Of a stretch of 64,000 nt of DNA, positions 1 to 8,540 are shown piece by piece. The notes beneath the pieces were generated by a model. That model did not search any database, had not been told where the DNA came from, and saw nothing but the letters and a program-made list of their open reading frames with translations. Origin of the DNA: Dehalococcoidia bacterium (lineage in GTDB: Bacteria > Chloroflexota > Dehalococcoidia > Lucifugimonadales > UBA3495); NCBI GenBank assembly GCA_965220055.1, contig CBDCPE010000003.1:19374-83373 (forward strand), in the 5' to 3' direction. Made by a program: the position numbers and the translations under genes. Positions within the stretch are counted from its first letter, which is position 1. The number at the start of each line of letters is the position of its first letter.

Positions 1-122
1 CGGCGATTACCGACGAGGTGCGCCGCCCGCCTTTCTATTGGTCAGCGTCGGTCGACTGGTCGGGGCCGGGCAACCGCTCGGTGCTATAATCCCCGAACTC
101 CCATTGGTGTTACGGTGCGACC

Positions 123-1178
123 ATGCGCTTCGGCCATTTTTTCTACCCCATGAAATTCGACGACTCGCACGACGACGTCGCGATACAGGAATGCCTGGAC
201 GAGGCGGTGCTGGTCGAAGAGTTGGGGTACGACGCCATCTGGTTCGCGGAGCACTACTTCACCGGCGAGTGTGTGTACGGCGATCCGCTGGTGTTCGCCA
301 GCGCGGTGGCGGTGAAGACAAGCAGAGTGCTGCTGGGGTTCGGCATCATCGAGCTACCGCTGCACAATCCGGTACGGGTCGCGATGCAGACCGCGCTGCT
401 GGATAACCTGAGCCAGGGCCGGCTGGTGGTGGGCACCGCCAAGGGTTCCAACTACAACGCCTTCGAGTACGTCGGGTTCGGCAGCGACCCGGCGCTGGGC
501 GCGGCCCAGATGGAAGAGGCCGAGGCGCTGATGGTCACGGCGTGGACGCAGGATGACGTCGACTTCCGAGGGGAGCACTATCGGGTCGCATTCCCATCGG
601 TGCGTCCGCGGCCCTACCAGAAACCCCATCCGCCGCTGGCGCGGGCTTGCATCAACCGCGAATCGATAATGGAGATGGCGCGCATCGGCCGGCCGATCCT
701 GCTGCGGGGCCGGTCCACCACCAGCACGGCCGCCGACATCGCCCTCTATCGCGACACCATGGCCGAGGCCGGATTCGATGAGGAATCCATCGAGCGCAAC
801 TTGGAACAGATCTGGATCTGGCGTGAGATCCACCTGGCCGAAACCGACGACCAGGCCATGAACGAGTTTCTGCCGGCCAACCTGGAGGCGTACTCGACTA
901 TCCAGGGCTATCGGGAAAGGTGGAACCCCAAGGAATTTCCCATGTCCCACCAACCGCCGCCCATCCAGAAAGACGCCTACGGGGAACGACCCAACCCGGA
1001 CGCGCCGGAGAACCTCGTGGGCAGTCCGCGACGGGTTGCCGAGCAGTTAGATGAGATGCGCAGCCTGGGCATTCGGAATCTCATGCTGACCAATCGAGGG
1101 CTGATGTCGGCAGAGGCAACGCGGCGCTCGCTGAAACTCTGCGCCGAACAGGTGATGCCGAAGTTCCGCGATGGCTAG
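123..1178 (+). CDS. LLM-class (luciferase-like) flavin-dependent oxidoreductase
   Basis: N-terminus MRFGHFF..DEAVLVEELGYDAIWFAEHYF..GFGIIELPLHNPVRVA is typical of the bacterial luciferase-like monooxygenase fold. Long ORF in the coding frame of a high-GC genome. Confidence 0.85.
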   Translation: MRFGHFFYPMKFDDSHDDVAIQECLDEAVLVEELGYDAIWFAEHYFTGECVYGDPLVFASAVAVKTSRVLLGFGIIELPLHNPVRVAMQTALLDNLSQGRLVVGTAKGSNYNAFEYVGFGSDPALGAAQMEEAEALMVTAWTQDDVDFRGEHYRVAFPSVRPRPYQKPHPPLARACINRESIMEMARIGRPILLRGRSTTSTAADIALYRDTMAEAGFDEESIERNLEQIWIWREIHLAETDDQAMNEFLPANLEAYSTIQGYRERWNPKEFPMSHQPPPIQKDAYGERPNPDAPENLVGSPRRVAEQLDEMRSLGIRNLMLTNRGLMSAEATRRSLKLCAEQVMPKFRDG

Positions 1179-1275
1179 CGGAGCCCGCCGATAGCCAAAC
1201 CCGGACCTCGCGCCGAGACCCGATAACCTTTCAAGAGCGTTCGACGGCGACCCACAACCGCCGAGGAGGATCGTC

Positions 1276-1665
1276 ATGGAAAAGATCAGGAACAATCATC
1301 CGAATATCGCGCCGTCCGGTTCGACCTTCAGCCGGAGCGTAAAGGTCGGTAACCTGCTGTTCATCGCCGGCTGCACGGCTCGCGGCACCGGCGCGCAGGG
1401 TCAGTCCATGGCCGACCAGTTGCGGGTCACGCTGGACCGCATCGCGGGTATCGTGAGGGCTGAGGGCGGCGCGCCTTCCGACATCGTGAAGATCACGACC
1501 TTTGTGACCAGTGTCCCGGCGTGGCAGGAGCATCGGGAAGCGCAGGAAGCGATGTTCGCCGAGTATTTCGAGGGTCAGTATCCCGCCAACACCCTGGTGG
1601 AGATCACGGCCCTGGCCGAGCCCGGGCTGGACGTCGAGATCGAGGCCATCGCCGAGATCAGCTGA
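1276..1665 (+). CDS. RidA/YjgF/L-PSP family protein
   Basis: 129 aa. Pattern VGNLLFIAG..ITTFV..YPANTLVEITALAEPGLDVEIEAIA is typical of the RidA family. AGGAGG-like RBS upstream. Confidence 0.8.
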   Translation: MEKIRNNHPNIAPSGSTFSRSVKVGNLLFIAGCTARGTGAQGQSMADQLRVTLDRIAGIVRAEGGAPSDIVKITTFVTSVPAWQEHREAQEAMFAEYFEGQYPANTLVEITALAEPGLDVEIEAIAEIS

Positions 1666-1686
1666 TAACGGCTCTGCCGCCCCGCG

Positions 1687-2274
1687 TCAGGCCGGGCGGT
1701 GGAACTCCTCCACCTGTTGCAGGTAGTTGCGCAGCAGGTCGTGTCCCACCGTGGTCATGATCGACTCGGGGTGGAACTGCACGCCTTCCACGGGCAACTC
1801 CTTGTGGCGCACGCCCATGATGAGGCCGTTGTCCGTCCAGGCGGTGACTTCCAGGAAGTCTGGAAGCGTTTCGGGGTAGATGACCAGGCTGTGGTAGCGG
1901 ATGCCCTCGAAGGGGTTGGGCAGCCCGGCGAAGACCCCTTTGCCATCATGGTGGATCAACGACGTTTTGCCGTGGCGGATCTCACCGGCCCGATCCACCG
2001 TCGCGCCGTAGGCGTCGCCGATGCACTGGTGGCCGAGGCAAACGCCGAGCACCGGCAGCTTTGGGCCGAAGTGCCGGATGACGTCGTTGGAGATGCCGGC
2101 CTCCCGTGGGGTGCAGGGGCCCGGGGACACGACGATGCCCTCGGGCTGCATGGCTTCGATGTCCTCTATGGTGGTCTTGTCGTTGCGGATCACCTCAACC
2201 TCGGCGCCCAGCTCGCAGAGGTACTGGTAGAGGTTGTAGGTGAAGCTGTCGTAGTTGTCGATTAGCAGTAGCAT
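1687..2274 (-). CDS. trpG: Anthranilate synthase component II (glutamine amidotransferase)
   Basis: MLLLIDNYDSFTYNLYQYL..SPGPCTP..LGVCLGHQ..FHPES class-I GATase motifs. Same strand as trpE and downstream of the Trp T-box. Confidence 0.85.
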   Translation of the reverse strand: MLLLIDNYDSFTYNLYQYLCELGAEVEVIRNDKTTIEDIEAMQPEGIVVSPGPCTPREAGISNDVIRHFGPKLPVLGVCLGHQCIGDAYGATVDRAGEIRHGKTSLIHHDGKGVFAGLPNPFEGIRYHSLVIYPETLPDFLEVTAWTDNGLIMGVRHKELPVEGVQFHPESIMTTVGHDLLRNYLQQVEEFHRPA

Positions 2275-2714
2275 CAGTACAGTTCCACCAGTTCCAGCCA
2301 GTTGCCGTCGGGGTCCTGGCAGTAGGAGGCCTTGCGCACCAGGTTGCCACCGTCGTCGTACATCGGCACCGGCGGCGTGGGATAACTGAGGCCACGGTTA
2401 CGGGTGTTCTCGTAGAAGGCGTCGATGTCCTCGACGTGGAAGGCCAGGTGGGCGGCGCGCACGTCGTTCTTGTCGAAGTCGGCGTAGCTACCTTCGGGGT
2501 TGATGTACTGGATCAGCTCCAGCTGGTGACCGTCGCCCATGTCGAAGAACGCGCCCTTGATGTGGGTGTCGGGGAACCCGAGCAGCGTAGTCGGGAACTC
2601 GCCGGTGCGCTCGGTGCGCATGGTCAGCGTGAGGCCCAGCACGTCGGAGTAGAAGGCGACCGCAGCCTCCAGGTCCTTGACGATGAAGCCGGTGTGGAAG
2701 AATGACTTGAGCAT
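2274..2714 (-). CDS. VOC (glyoxalase/bleomycin-resistance/dioxygenase) family protein
   Basis: The internal start MLKSFFHTGFIVKDLEAAVAFY.. has a GGAGG RBS 7 nt upstream. The stop overlaps the trpG ATG (ATGA). The longer 187-aa form is unlikely. Confidence 0.75.
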   Translation of the reverse strand: MLKSFFHTGFIVKDLEAAVAFYSDVLGLTLTMRTERTGEFPTTLLGFPDTHIKGAFFDMGDGHQLELIQYINPEGSYADFDKNDVRAAHLAFHVEDIDAFYENTRNRGLSYPTPPVPMYDDGGNLVRKASYCQDPDGNWLELVELY

Positions 2715-2829
2715 TTTGGCCTCCGGATTGTTTTTGGATGGCTGTACAGGAAACTGGTCCAAGATGCCGTAAGGCACTTCATCATTCTGGGCAGCAGCGT
2801 AGCCCATGTCGCACCGGGCTAGAACCCCG

Positions 2830-3459
2830 CTACTCATCCAAAAGAGTTACCTCATAAGAGCCAGGTCCCTTGATGTATTGACGTACCATGTCCAGAGGCA
2901 CATTGTATTCATGAGCCTTCGTAACGGATACCGGTATCGATATTTCGACTTCGGTGAACGACTTGGCCCAATGGGAAATATCCGGAGGGCAGATGCCAAG
3001 AAGGTGTTTTCCTTCAACCATTGACCTGTTAACCTTTTCCTTAAAGATTTGCTCAGTTGGGTCCATTAATCCCATCTCAACGTAAACCTGCTTGAGATCG
3101 TGCTGGGTCATGACCAAGCGTTCCTCGGAGTCAACAGAATCTGCGGTAACCAATTCACGGGGATGAACCCGGTACAGGCCCTCAACAAACAGAAAATCGG
3201 CAAGGTCCCTCCCTTCACGCCAGCTACCCCTCGGTGAACTCGGTTTGACGTAAACCACAAAGTCAACCTTGGCGGCGTAGCTATAGACCATAGGTCCAAC
3301 AATGACATCACCAGGCTTGGCAGGGTCTTCTTTCCAAAATTCTAATTGTCCCACCACATCGGTCGGTCTAATCCGGTGTCTATGCAAATGTTCCCAAACC
3401 CCGGCCGACCTCATTACCGCCCCCCTAAATTCAGCCGATCCGGTCAGGAAAATATCCAT
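2830..3459 (-). CDS. Hypothetical protein (209 aa), lower-GC insert inside the trpE..trpG transcription unit
   Basis: Clean ORF with no competing frames. Composition is visibly more AT-rich than its neighbours. I recognise no motif. Confidence 0.6.
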   Translation of the reverse strand: MDIFLTGSAEFRGAVMRSAGVWEHLHRHRIRPTDVVGQLEFWKEDPAKPGDVIVGPMVYSYAAKVDFVVYVKPSSPRGSWREGRDLADFLFVEGLYRVHPRELVTADSVDSEERLVMTQHDLKQVYVEMGLMDPTEQIFKEKVNRSMVEGKHLLGICPPDISHWAKSFTEVEISIPVSVTKAHEYNVPLDMVRQYIKGPGSYEVTLLDE

Positions 3460-3771
3460 AAGCTAACCCCCGATGAACAAAGCAGTACCGAGAACCACTC
3501 GCACATCATACCGCACAGTCGTTATCGCGTACATGAGACTCCGAGCTGGCAACAGGGCAGTCGAATATTACGCAATCGGTATCACTACTACTTCGGTTTA
3601 TAACTGGTGCACATGAAGTATGGTAAATCGGACGGTAAATGCCCGCAGCCAGCCATGTCGCTGGCATAAATCGAAGTCCGTAAAGGCTAATTGGCAACCA
3701 TCTGGGACACAGACATGCGGTTCCAGAATGTTAGCCGCCTGCCAGGTCAAGTAAAATACGATTGCCTGTTG

Positions 3772-5232
3772 TCAGGCGGCGCCCTCAGCCATGTCAATGG
3801 CGCGCATCATCGCACCGGACTTGTGGAGGGTCTCCATGTATTCGTCCTCGGCCACGCTGTCGGCGACCACGCCGCCGCCGGCCTGGACGTACATGATGCC
3901 ATCCTGGAAGACCCCGGTGCGGAGGACGAGGGCGGTGTCCATGTTGCCGTTGTAGCTGAAGTAGGCGACGGCGCCCCCGTAGGGACCGCGACGTTCCTGC
4001 TCCACCTCGGCGATGATCTCCATGGCGCGTATCTTGGGCGCGCCCGACACGGTGCCGGCGGGGAAGCAGGCTCGCAGGGCGTCGTAAGGCGTCATGTCGG
4101 GCCGCAGCTGGCCTTCGACGTGGGAAACGAGGTGCATGACGTGGGAGAAGCGTTCGACGTCCATGTACTGGGTCACTTTGACGGTGCCGGGCACGCTGAC
4201 GCGGCCGATGTCGTTGCGGCCCAGGTCCAGCAGCATGATGTGCTCGGCCCGCTGTTTCTCGCTTCCCTTCAGTTCCTCCTCCAGGGAGGCGTCCTCGGCA
4301 GGCGTCTGGCCGCGCGGGCGGGTGCCGGCGATGGGGTGGGTAGCGACGGAGCCGTCGTGAACTGTGGCCACGGTCTCGATGGCGGCTCCCACTATCTGGA
4401 AACCGTTGAGGTCGAGGTAATACATATAGGGCGACGGGTTGCTGCCACGCAGGGCGCGGTACACCTGGAACGGGTGGGCGTCGGTCCTCCGGCTGAACCG
4501 TTGGGAGTTGACCACCTGGATGACGTCGCCGGCGTAGATGTACTCGATGCACTTTTCGATCACCGCCTCGTACTCCGGCACGGTGAAATTCGACTGGGTC
4601 TCGCCGCCGACCGGGAGTGAAGGCGTTGCCAGCAGCTCGGGCGGCAGTTCCAGCGGACGGGAGAGGCGGTCCACCATGCGCTCGATCTTGGCGGTGGCCG
4701 CATCGTACGCTTCAGCGATGTCTCCGCCGTCCAGCCGGGCATGGCTGACGACCTTGATGTCGTGGCGGAGATGGTCGAACACCAGCAGGGTGTCGGTGAA
4801 CATAAAGACCGATTCGGGCAGGCCCTGGGGGTCGACTTCGAGCATGGGCACGCGGGGCTCGAAGTAGTGCACCGCGTCGTAAGCGACGTAGCCCACGCCG
4901 CCGCCGTGGAAGGGAGGTAGACCTTCGACCGAGATCAGTCGGAAGGAGTCCATCTCGTTTTGCACGAGGGTGAGCGGGTCGACCGCGCCCGAGGGCTGGT
5001 CGGCGCCGGTGCTGAAAACGTCATACGGCTCGGTGCCGATGAAGCTGTATCGGCCGATGCGCTCGCCGCCGGCCACGGATTCCAGCAGGAACGAGTAGGG
5101 CGGTCGGGCGACCTTCAGGTAGGCCGACACGGGGGTTTCCAGGTCGGCGTTAATGGTGCGGTAGACCGGGCACAGGTTACCCTGGCCGGCCAGCGTGCGG
5201 ACTTGGTCCAAAGTTGGGTAGTACATTGTCAC
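3772..5232 (-). CDS. trpE: Anthranilate synthase component I
   Basis: 486 aa with the chorismate-binding enzyme pattern (LLESVAGGERIGRYSFIG .. GAPKIRAMEII..E...RGPYGGAVGYF). Preceded by a UGG-specifier T-box. Confidence 0.9.
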   Translation of the reverse strand: MTMYYPTLDQVRTLAGQGNLCPVYRTINADLETPVSAYLKVARPPYSFLLESVAGGERIGRYSFIGTEPYDVFSTGADQPSGAVDPLTLVQNEMDSFRLISVEGLPPFHGGGVGYVAYDAVHYFEPRVPMLEVDPQGLPESVFMFTDTLLVFDHLRHDIKVVSHARLDGGDIAEAYDAATAKIERMVDRLSRPLELPPELLATPSLPVGGETQSNFTVPEYEAVIEKCIEYIYAGDVIQVVNSQRFSRRTDAHPFQVYRALRGSNPSPYMYYLDLNGFQIVGAAIETVATVHDGSVATHPIAGTRPRGQTPAEDASLEEELKGSEKQRAEHIMLLDLGRNDIGRVSVPGTVKVTQYMDVERFSHVMHLVSHVEGQLRPDMTPYDALRACFPAGTVSGAPKIRAMEIIAEVEQERRGPYGGAVAYFSYNGNMDTALVLRTGVFQDGIMYVQAGGGVVADSVAEDEYMETLHKSGAMMRAIDMAEGAA

Positions 5233-5267
5233 GATATATCATCCATTGGGTTCAGCGAACACGGTCA

Positions 5268-5526
5268 TAGAAAAAGCCCGTCCCCTGCGGGACGAGCCTT
5301 ATGGCCGCGATGCCACCCTGCATACGGTGTTCTAGGGGCAGTTAACGTTGCCCATGCGGCCCGTCCTACTTGGCCCCGCATCAAGCGCGGAGTGACTTCC
5401 TTTCGGCGGGAGGCTCCGGGGTCCATTCAACGTCTGCGCCTGGCGCCGGTTCGCAGCTAACCCGGCTCTCTGTGCCTCGCTGGACGCGTACTAGTCCCGT
5501 TCACAGCATTTGGGTATTCGGATGTG
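5268..5526 (-). promoter_or_regulatory. T-box riboswitch leader, Trp (UGG) specifier, controlling trpE
   Basis: Minus-strand elements: AGUA and AGAGA stem I elements, specifier loop GAA-UGG-A, F-box-like CGUUA, T-box GGGUGGCAUCGCGG, then a terminator hairpin. Confidence 0.75.
5271..5298 (-). terminator. Intrinsic terminator of the Trp T-box leader
   Basis: Minus strand reads GGCUCGUCCCGCAGGGGACGGGCUUUUU: a GC hairpin plus U5, directly after the T-box sequence and about 35 nt before the trpE ATG. Confidence 0.7.
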
Positions 5527-5533
5527 CGCGTTA

Positions 5534-5562
5534 ATTGTATGGCGGGCGGTTAGGGGCGTCAA
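5534..5562 (-). promoter_or_regulatory. Sigma70-type promoter of the T-box leader
   Basis: Minus strand reads TTGACG, a 17-nt spacer, then TACAAT, about 7 nt before the start of the conserved leader. Confidence 0.55.
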
Positions 5563-5669
5563 CGACCCGAAGTCGCAAGATGGACAAGGTCGACTACTGG
5601 AAGCATAATCTCGGTGTACCAGCAAACGCTGTGGAAAGCAGCGTACTTCTTGAGCAATGAAGGCATTCC

Positions 5670-6047
5670 GTGACCCAACTGCTATCCTACCGGGCCATTT
5701 TCGCCGACGCTCGTGAAGTGCATGCGCAAGCCATCGAGCGGCTGTCGCACGGCGACGTGCGTGATGCGGCGGAGAAAGCCTGGTGCGCAACCAAACGCGC
5801 CACCGACGCACTGATCCTGGCCCGCACGGGAGAAGAGCCGGCAACCACCGCGCTTACGTCAAATGGTCTCGATGACTTGGCCAGAATGGACCCAGCGGCT
5901 AAGTCGCTCGTCGGTCGCTATTACAGTCGGATCAGCCAACTGCACGGTGCGTGCTTCTACAACGGTATCTGCAACTCCGAAACGGAACGGCGCATCCGTG
6001 AAACTGCCGATTACATCGACGACGCCGAACGATTGGCCGGCACCTAA
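5670..6047 (+). CDS. Small helical HEPN-superfamily-like (PaREP1-type) protein
   Basis: 125 aa with a GTG start. AAEKAWCATKRATDALI ... LHGACFYNG matches the PaREP1/HEPN-like pattern as I remember it. A divergent paralog lies at 37302-37796. Confidence 0.55.
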   Translation: MTQLLSYRAIFADAREVHAQAIERLSHGDVRDAAEKAWCATKRATDALILARTGEEPATTALTSNGLDDLARMDPAAKSLVGRYYSRISQLHGACFYNGICNSETERRIRETADYIDDAERLAGT

Positions 6048-6050
6048 GCG

Positions 6051-6306
6051 GGTAACGTGGCCCATGCGGCCCGGCCTACCTGGCCTCGCGTCCACAGTGT
6101 GGTAGCGGCCTTTCGGCGGGCGGCTCCGGGGTCCATTCGGCGCCTCTGCGCCTGGAGGCGCCGCTGTTCGCAGCTAAGCCGAGCCCGGCTCTCTGTCCCG
6201 TTGCGTGCGAAACACACTACCGGCCGCTCCTCGTGTGCCCTTCGGGCGCGGCGCTGCACGCTGGACGCGTACTAGTCCCGTTCACAGCATTTGGGTATTC
6301 GGATGT
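6051..6306 (-). promoter_or_regulatory. Truncated second copy of the Trp T-box leader (stem I, UGG specifier, F-box; no antiterminator or terminator)
   Basis: Direct repeat of 5341-5526. The first ~50 nt of the leader are identical, GAA-UGG-A is retained, and stem I carries about 60 extra nt. Similarity ends 3 nt from the stop of the convergent ORF 5670-6047. Confidence 0.6.
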
Positions 6307-6315
6307 GTGGCATCA

Positions 6316-6344
6316 ATTGTATGGCGGGTGGATGGAAGCGTCAA
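6316..6344 (-). promoter_or_regulatory. Duplicate sigma70-type promoter
   Basis: Minus strand reads TTGACG, a 17-nt spacer, then TACAAT, the same hexamers and spacing as at 5534-5562. Confidence 0.5.
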
Positions 6345-6382
6345 CGATTAGGCGACCAGTTAAGATGCCTCGGCAATGGGCG

Positions 6383-7078
6383 CTATTTGATGCCCGCTAT
6401 CAACTCGCCCAAGACGTTCAGAAATTCGGGGGAATAGTCCTCATCAACATGATTGTTGTTCCATAAACCGGAACGGAACACACGCTCTCTGCCCGAATTT
6501 ACTCCCAACCATCGTGAGGTCGGAGGATCAATTGGCTCGTGAGCATAACCACTCAGCAAGGCGATGGCATTACGTTCCACACACGCCCGCTTGCTGTCGG
6601 GACCTGGATCGTCTGGTACTGAAAGAACCAGGAACGGCATTGCACCAATGTAGCGACTAACTTCGACCTCGGCAGGACGCTCTGTTTGGCGAACGTCACG
6701 TGGAGCGCTGGAGCCCTTTCCCCAACTGTCTACTGGTTCGACCGAGCCGGCCCGCATCATCGCCTCCCCTACCAGGAGGCGGAAAATCGACCCTCGGTGA
6801 TTGCCACCAGGCGGCCGCACCGTCCCCCGATGTTGTGCCAAGCGGTTCCACAGTTTCGTGCGCGATCTGGTAGTCAGCGCGTGGGTTCCTATGCGGACAA
6901 CCCTGGGCCCGTCGCCGCTGCGAAAACGATCCTCGCCGTTCTCGAAGAAGAAATAGACACCGCGCAATGGCCAATTCATTCGACCACTAGATTCTGCGAG
7001 CGTGCTTTTGCCGCCAATGCTGCGCTCCAGCTCATCCAGATGACCATAGAACCTGACGACATCGTCAACCCGGTTCAT
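6383..7078 (-). CDS. GIY-YIG-like nuclease family protein (uncharacterised subfamily)
   Basis: 231 aa. GVYFFFE ... RVVRIGTH ... LWNRLAQHRG ... GNHRGSIFR ... VERNAIALLS resembles the GIY / YIG / Arg / Glu-Asn core order. Confidence 0.6.
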   Translation of the reverse strand: MNRVDDVVRFYGHLDELERSIGGKSTLAESSGRMNWPLRGVYFFFENGEDRFRSGDGPRVVRIGTHALTTRSRTKLWNRLAQHRGTVRPPGGNHRGSIFRLLVGEAMMRAGSVEPVDSWGKGSSAPRDVRQTERPAEVEVSRYIGAMPFLVLSVPDDPGPDSKRACVERNAIALLSGYAHEPIDPPTSRWLGVNSGRERVFRSGLWNNNHVDEDYSPEFLNVLGELIAGIK

Positions 7079-7088
7079 TTTCCGACAG

Positions 7089-7520
7089 TCATTTCAATTG
7101 CTTGCCGATTGGCAGGCCCTGCATCGGCACGCTGACCTTGGCGAATCTGCGTCGCAACCACGGTTCGAGATATTCGCGATACCGGGTGCCCGCCAAGATA
7201 ACTATTTCATTGGTCTCCGGCAACATCAAGCCCATCTGTTTCGTGACGCGGTCAGCCCACAGCCGTCTGTCGGCGACACCCATGTTGTTCAAGGTCTTTT
7301 CGTACGGGGCAAGAACTTGATTTGGTCTAACCAAACCATGCTCAGCTGACAAGATGAACCAAGGCGAGCCTGACTTCAGCACAAAGTCACGGGCTTTGTT
7401 GAACCAAGCTGATGTGTACAGTTCCTGAGCCGGACACGGGTATGGGTATTTCTGCGAAACGCAGGAAACCAGGTAGGTTGATTTTGCTGGCATGACTTCC
7501 TGGTCCAGACCGGTGTCCAA
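7089..7520 (-). CDS. DUF6884-like protein
   Basis: 143 aa. YLVSCVSQK..ELYTSAWFNKAR..WFILSAEHGLV.P..PYEKTL..RR.WA..ILAG..Y...L matches my memory of the DUF6884 pattern. Lies 10 nt upstream of the GIY-YIG-like gene. Confidence 0.55.
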   Translation of the reverse strand: MDTGLDQEVMPAKSTYLVSCVSQKYPYPCPAQELYTSAWFNKARDFVLKSGSPWFILSAEHGLVRPNQVLAPYEKTLNNMGVADRRLWADRVTKQMGLMLPETNEIVILAGTRYREYLEPWLRRRFAKVSVPMQGLPIGKQLK

Positions 7521-7550
7521 TTAATTGGCGATAAGGGTTTTCTCCGCGGG

Positions 7551-8519
7551 TTACGGCGTCAGTAGTATCTTGCCGGTGGTCTCCCTGCCCTCCAGGCGGC
7601 GGTGGGCCTCGGCGGCTTCGGCCAGGGGGAGGTTGAGGGTGACTTTGAGCCTGATTTCTCCGGACTGGACCCAGGACAAACACTCCTCGGCGCGTTGCAC
7701 CAATTCGTCACGGGTGGCAGTGTAGTCGCCCAGGCTGGGACGGGTGAGGAACAGAGAACCGTTGCGCAGCATGCCGGAGTCCACCGGACCCACGGGCCCG
7801 CCAGCCTGGCCGTAGAGCGCCATGCAGCCGCGCCGTCCCAGGACGCGCAGGCCTTTCTCGAAGGTGGTGGCGCCTACTGCGTCGTAAATGATCTTGACGC
7901 CCTCGCCGTCGGTCATCCGGCGTACTTCTTCCTCGAAATCCTGCCGGGTGTACAGGATGACGTCGTCGGCGCCGGCGTTGCTGGCGAGCGCGGCCTTGTC
8001 GTCAGTGGAAACGGTGGTGTACACGTGGAGGCCCATGCGCTTCAGCATCTGGATGAGGAGAAGGCCCATGCCGCCGGCGCCGGCGTGGACCAGGGCGCGC
8101 TGGCCGGCCTGCAACGGCACGATGTCGTTGACCAGGAAGTGGGCGGTCATGCCCTGGAGGAGGGTGGCCGCACCGGTATCAAAGTCCATCTCGTCGGGTA
8201 TGCGGACCAGCAGCCATGCGGGGACGGCCTGCTGCTCGGCATAGGAGCCGGTGTGCATGGCGTAGGCGACCCGGTCGCCGACGCTGACCTCGGTAACGCC
8301 CTCGCTCACGGCAATCACCTCGCCGGAAGCCTCACGGCCGGGTGTCCAGGGGAAGGCGGCGGGCGGGTTGGTGCCCTTTCGGCTGGAAACGTCGGTGTAG
8401 TTGACGCCGATGTTGCGGATGGCCACGACCGCTTGGCCGGGACCGGCGGTTGGCTCGGGCATGTCCTCGTATTTGAGGACGTCGGGGCTGCCGGTTTCGT
8501 AGGCGCGGATGCCTTTCAT
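7551..8519 (-). CDS. NADPH:quinone oxidoreductase / zeta-crystallin-type MDR
   Basis: The start MKGIRAY has a GGAGG RBS. Shows the MDR pattern and a GAGGMG-type nucleotide-binding motif. The 17 extra N-terminal codons of the longest ORF are a translated repeat element. Confidence 0.85.
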   Translation of the reverse strand: MKGIRAYETGSPDVLKYEDMPEPTAGPGQAVVAIRNIGVNYTDVSSRKGTNPPAAFPWTPGREASGEVIAVSEGVTEVSVGDRVAYAMHTGSYAEQQAVPAWLLVRIPDEMDFDTGAATLLQGMTAHFLVNDIVPLQAGQRALVHAGAGGMGLLLIQMLKRMGLHVYTTVSTDDKAALASNAGADDVILYTRQDFEEEVRRMTDGEGVKIIYDAVGATTFEKGLRVLGRRGCMALYGQAGGPVGPVDSGMLRNGSLFLTRPSLGDYTATRDELVQRAEECLSWVQSGEIRLKVTLNLPLAEAAEAHRRLEGRETTGKILLTP

Positions 8520-8540
8520 GGTATTACCTCCAAAGTTCTG

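Noticed and set aside
3691-4620. Long antisense or alternative-frame ORFs throughout the window. Examples: 354-953(-), 3691-4620(+), 12054-13229(-), 15250-16614(+), 19778-20962(-), 21371-22561(-), 24468-26072(-), 35215-36072(+), 36256-37410(+), 59812-61326(-).
   Set aside because: They overlap genes with clear family motifs on the other strand or frame. Their translations are Arg/Ala/Gly/Pro-rich low-complexity sequence, typical of shadow ORFs in high-GC DNA.
5341-5565. The ~225-bp / ~297-bp direct repeat (5341-5565 and 6051-6347), first considered as a MITE, an att-site duplication, a group II intron fragment or a structured housekeeping RNA.
   Set aside because: Reading the minus strand shows promoter hexamers, T-box stem I motifs, a UGG specifier and, in the proximal copy, the T-box sequence and terminator. 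It is therefore better explained as a duplicated T-box leader. No intron domain V or RNase P/tmRNA motifs were seen.
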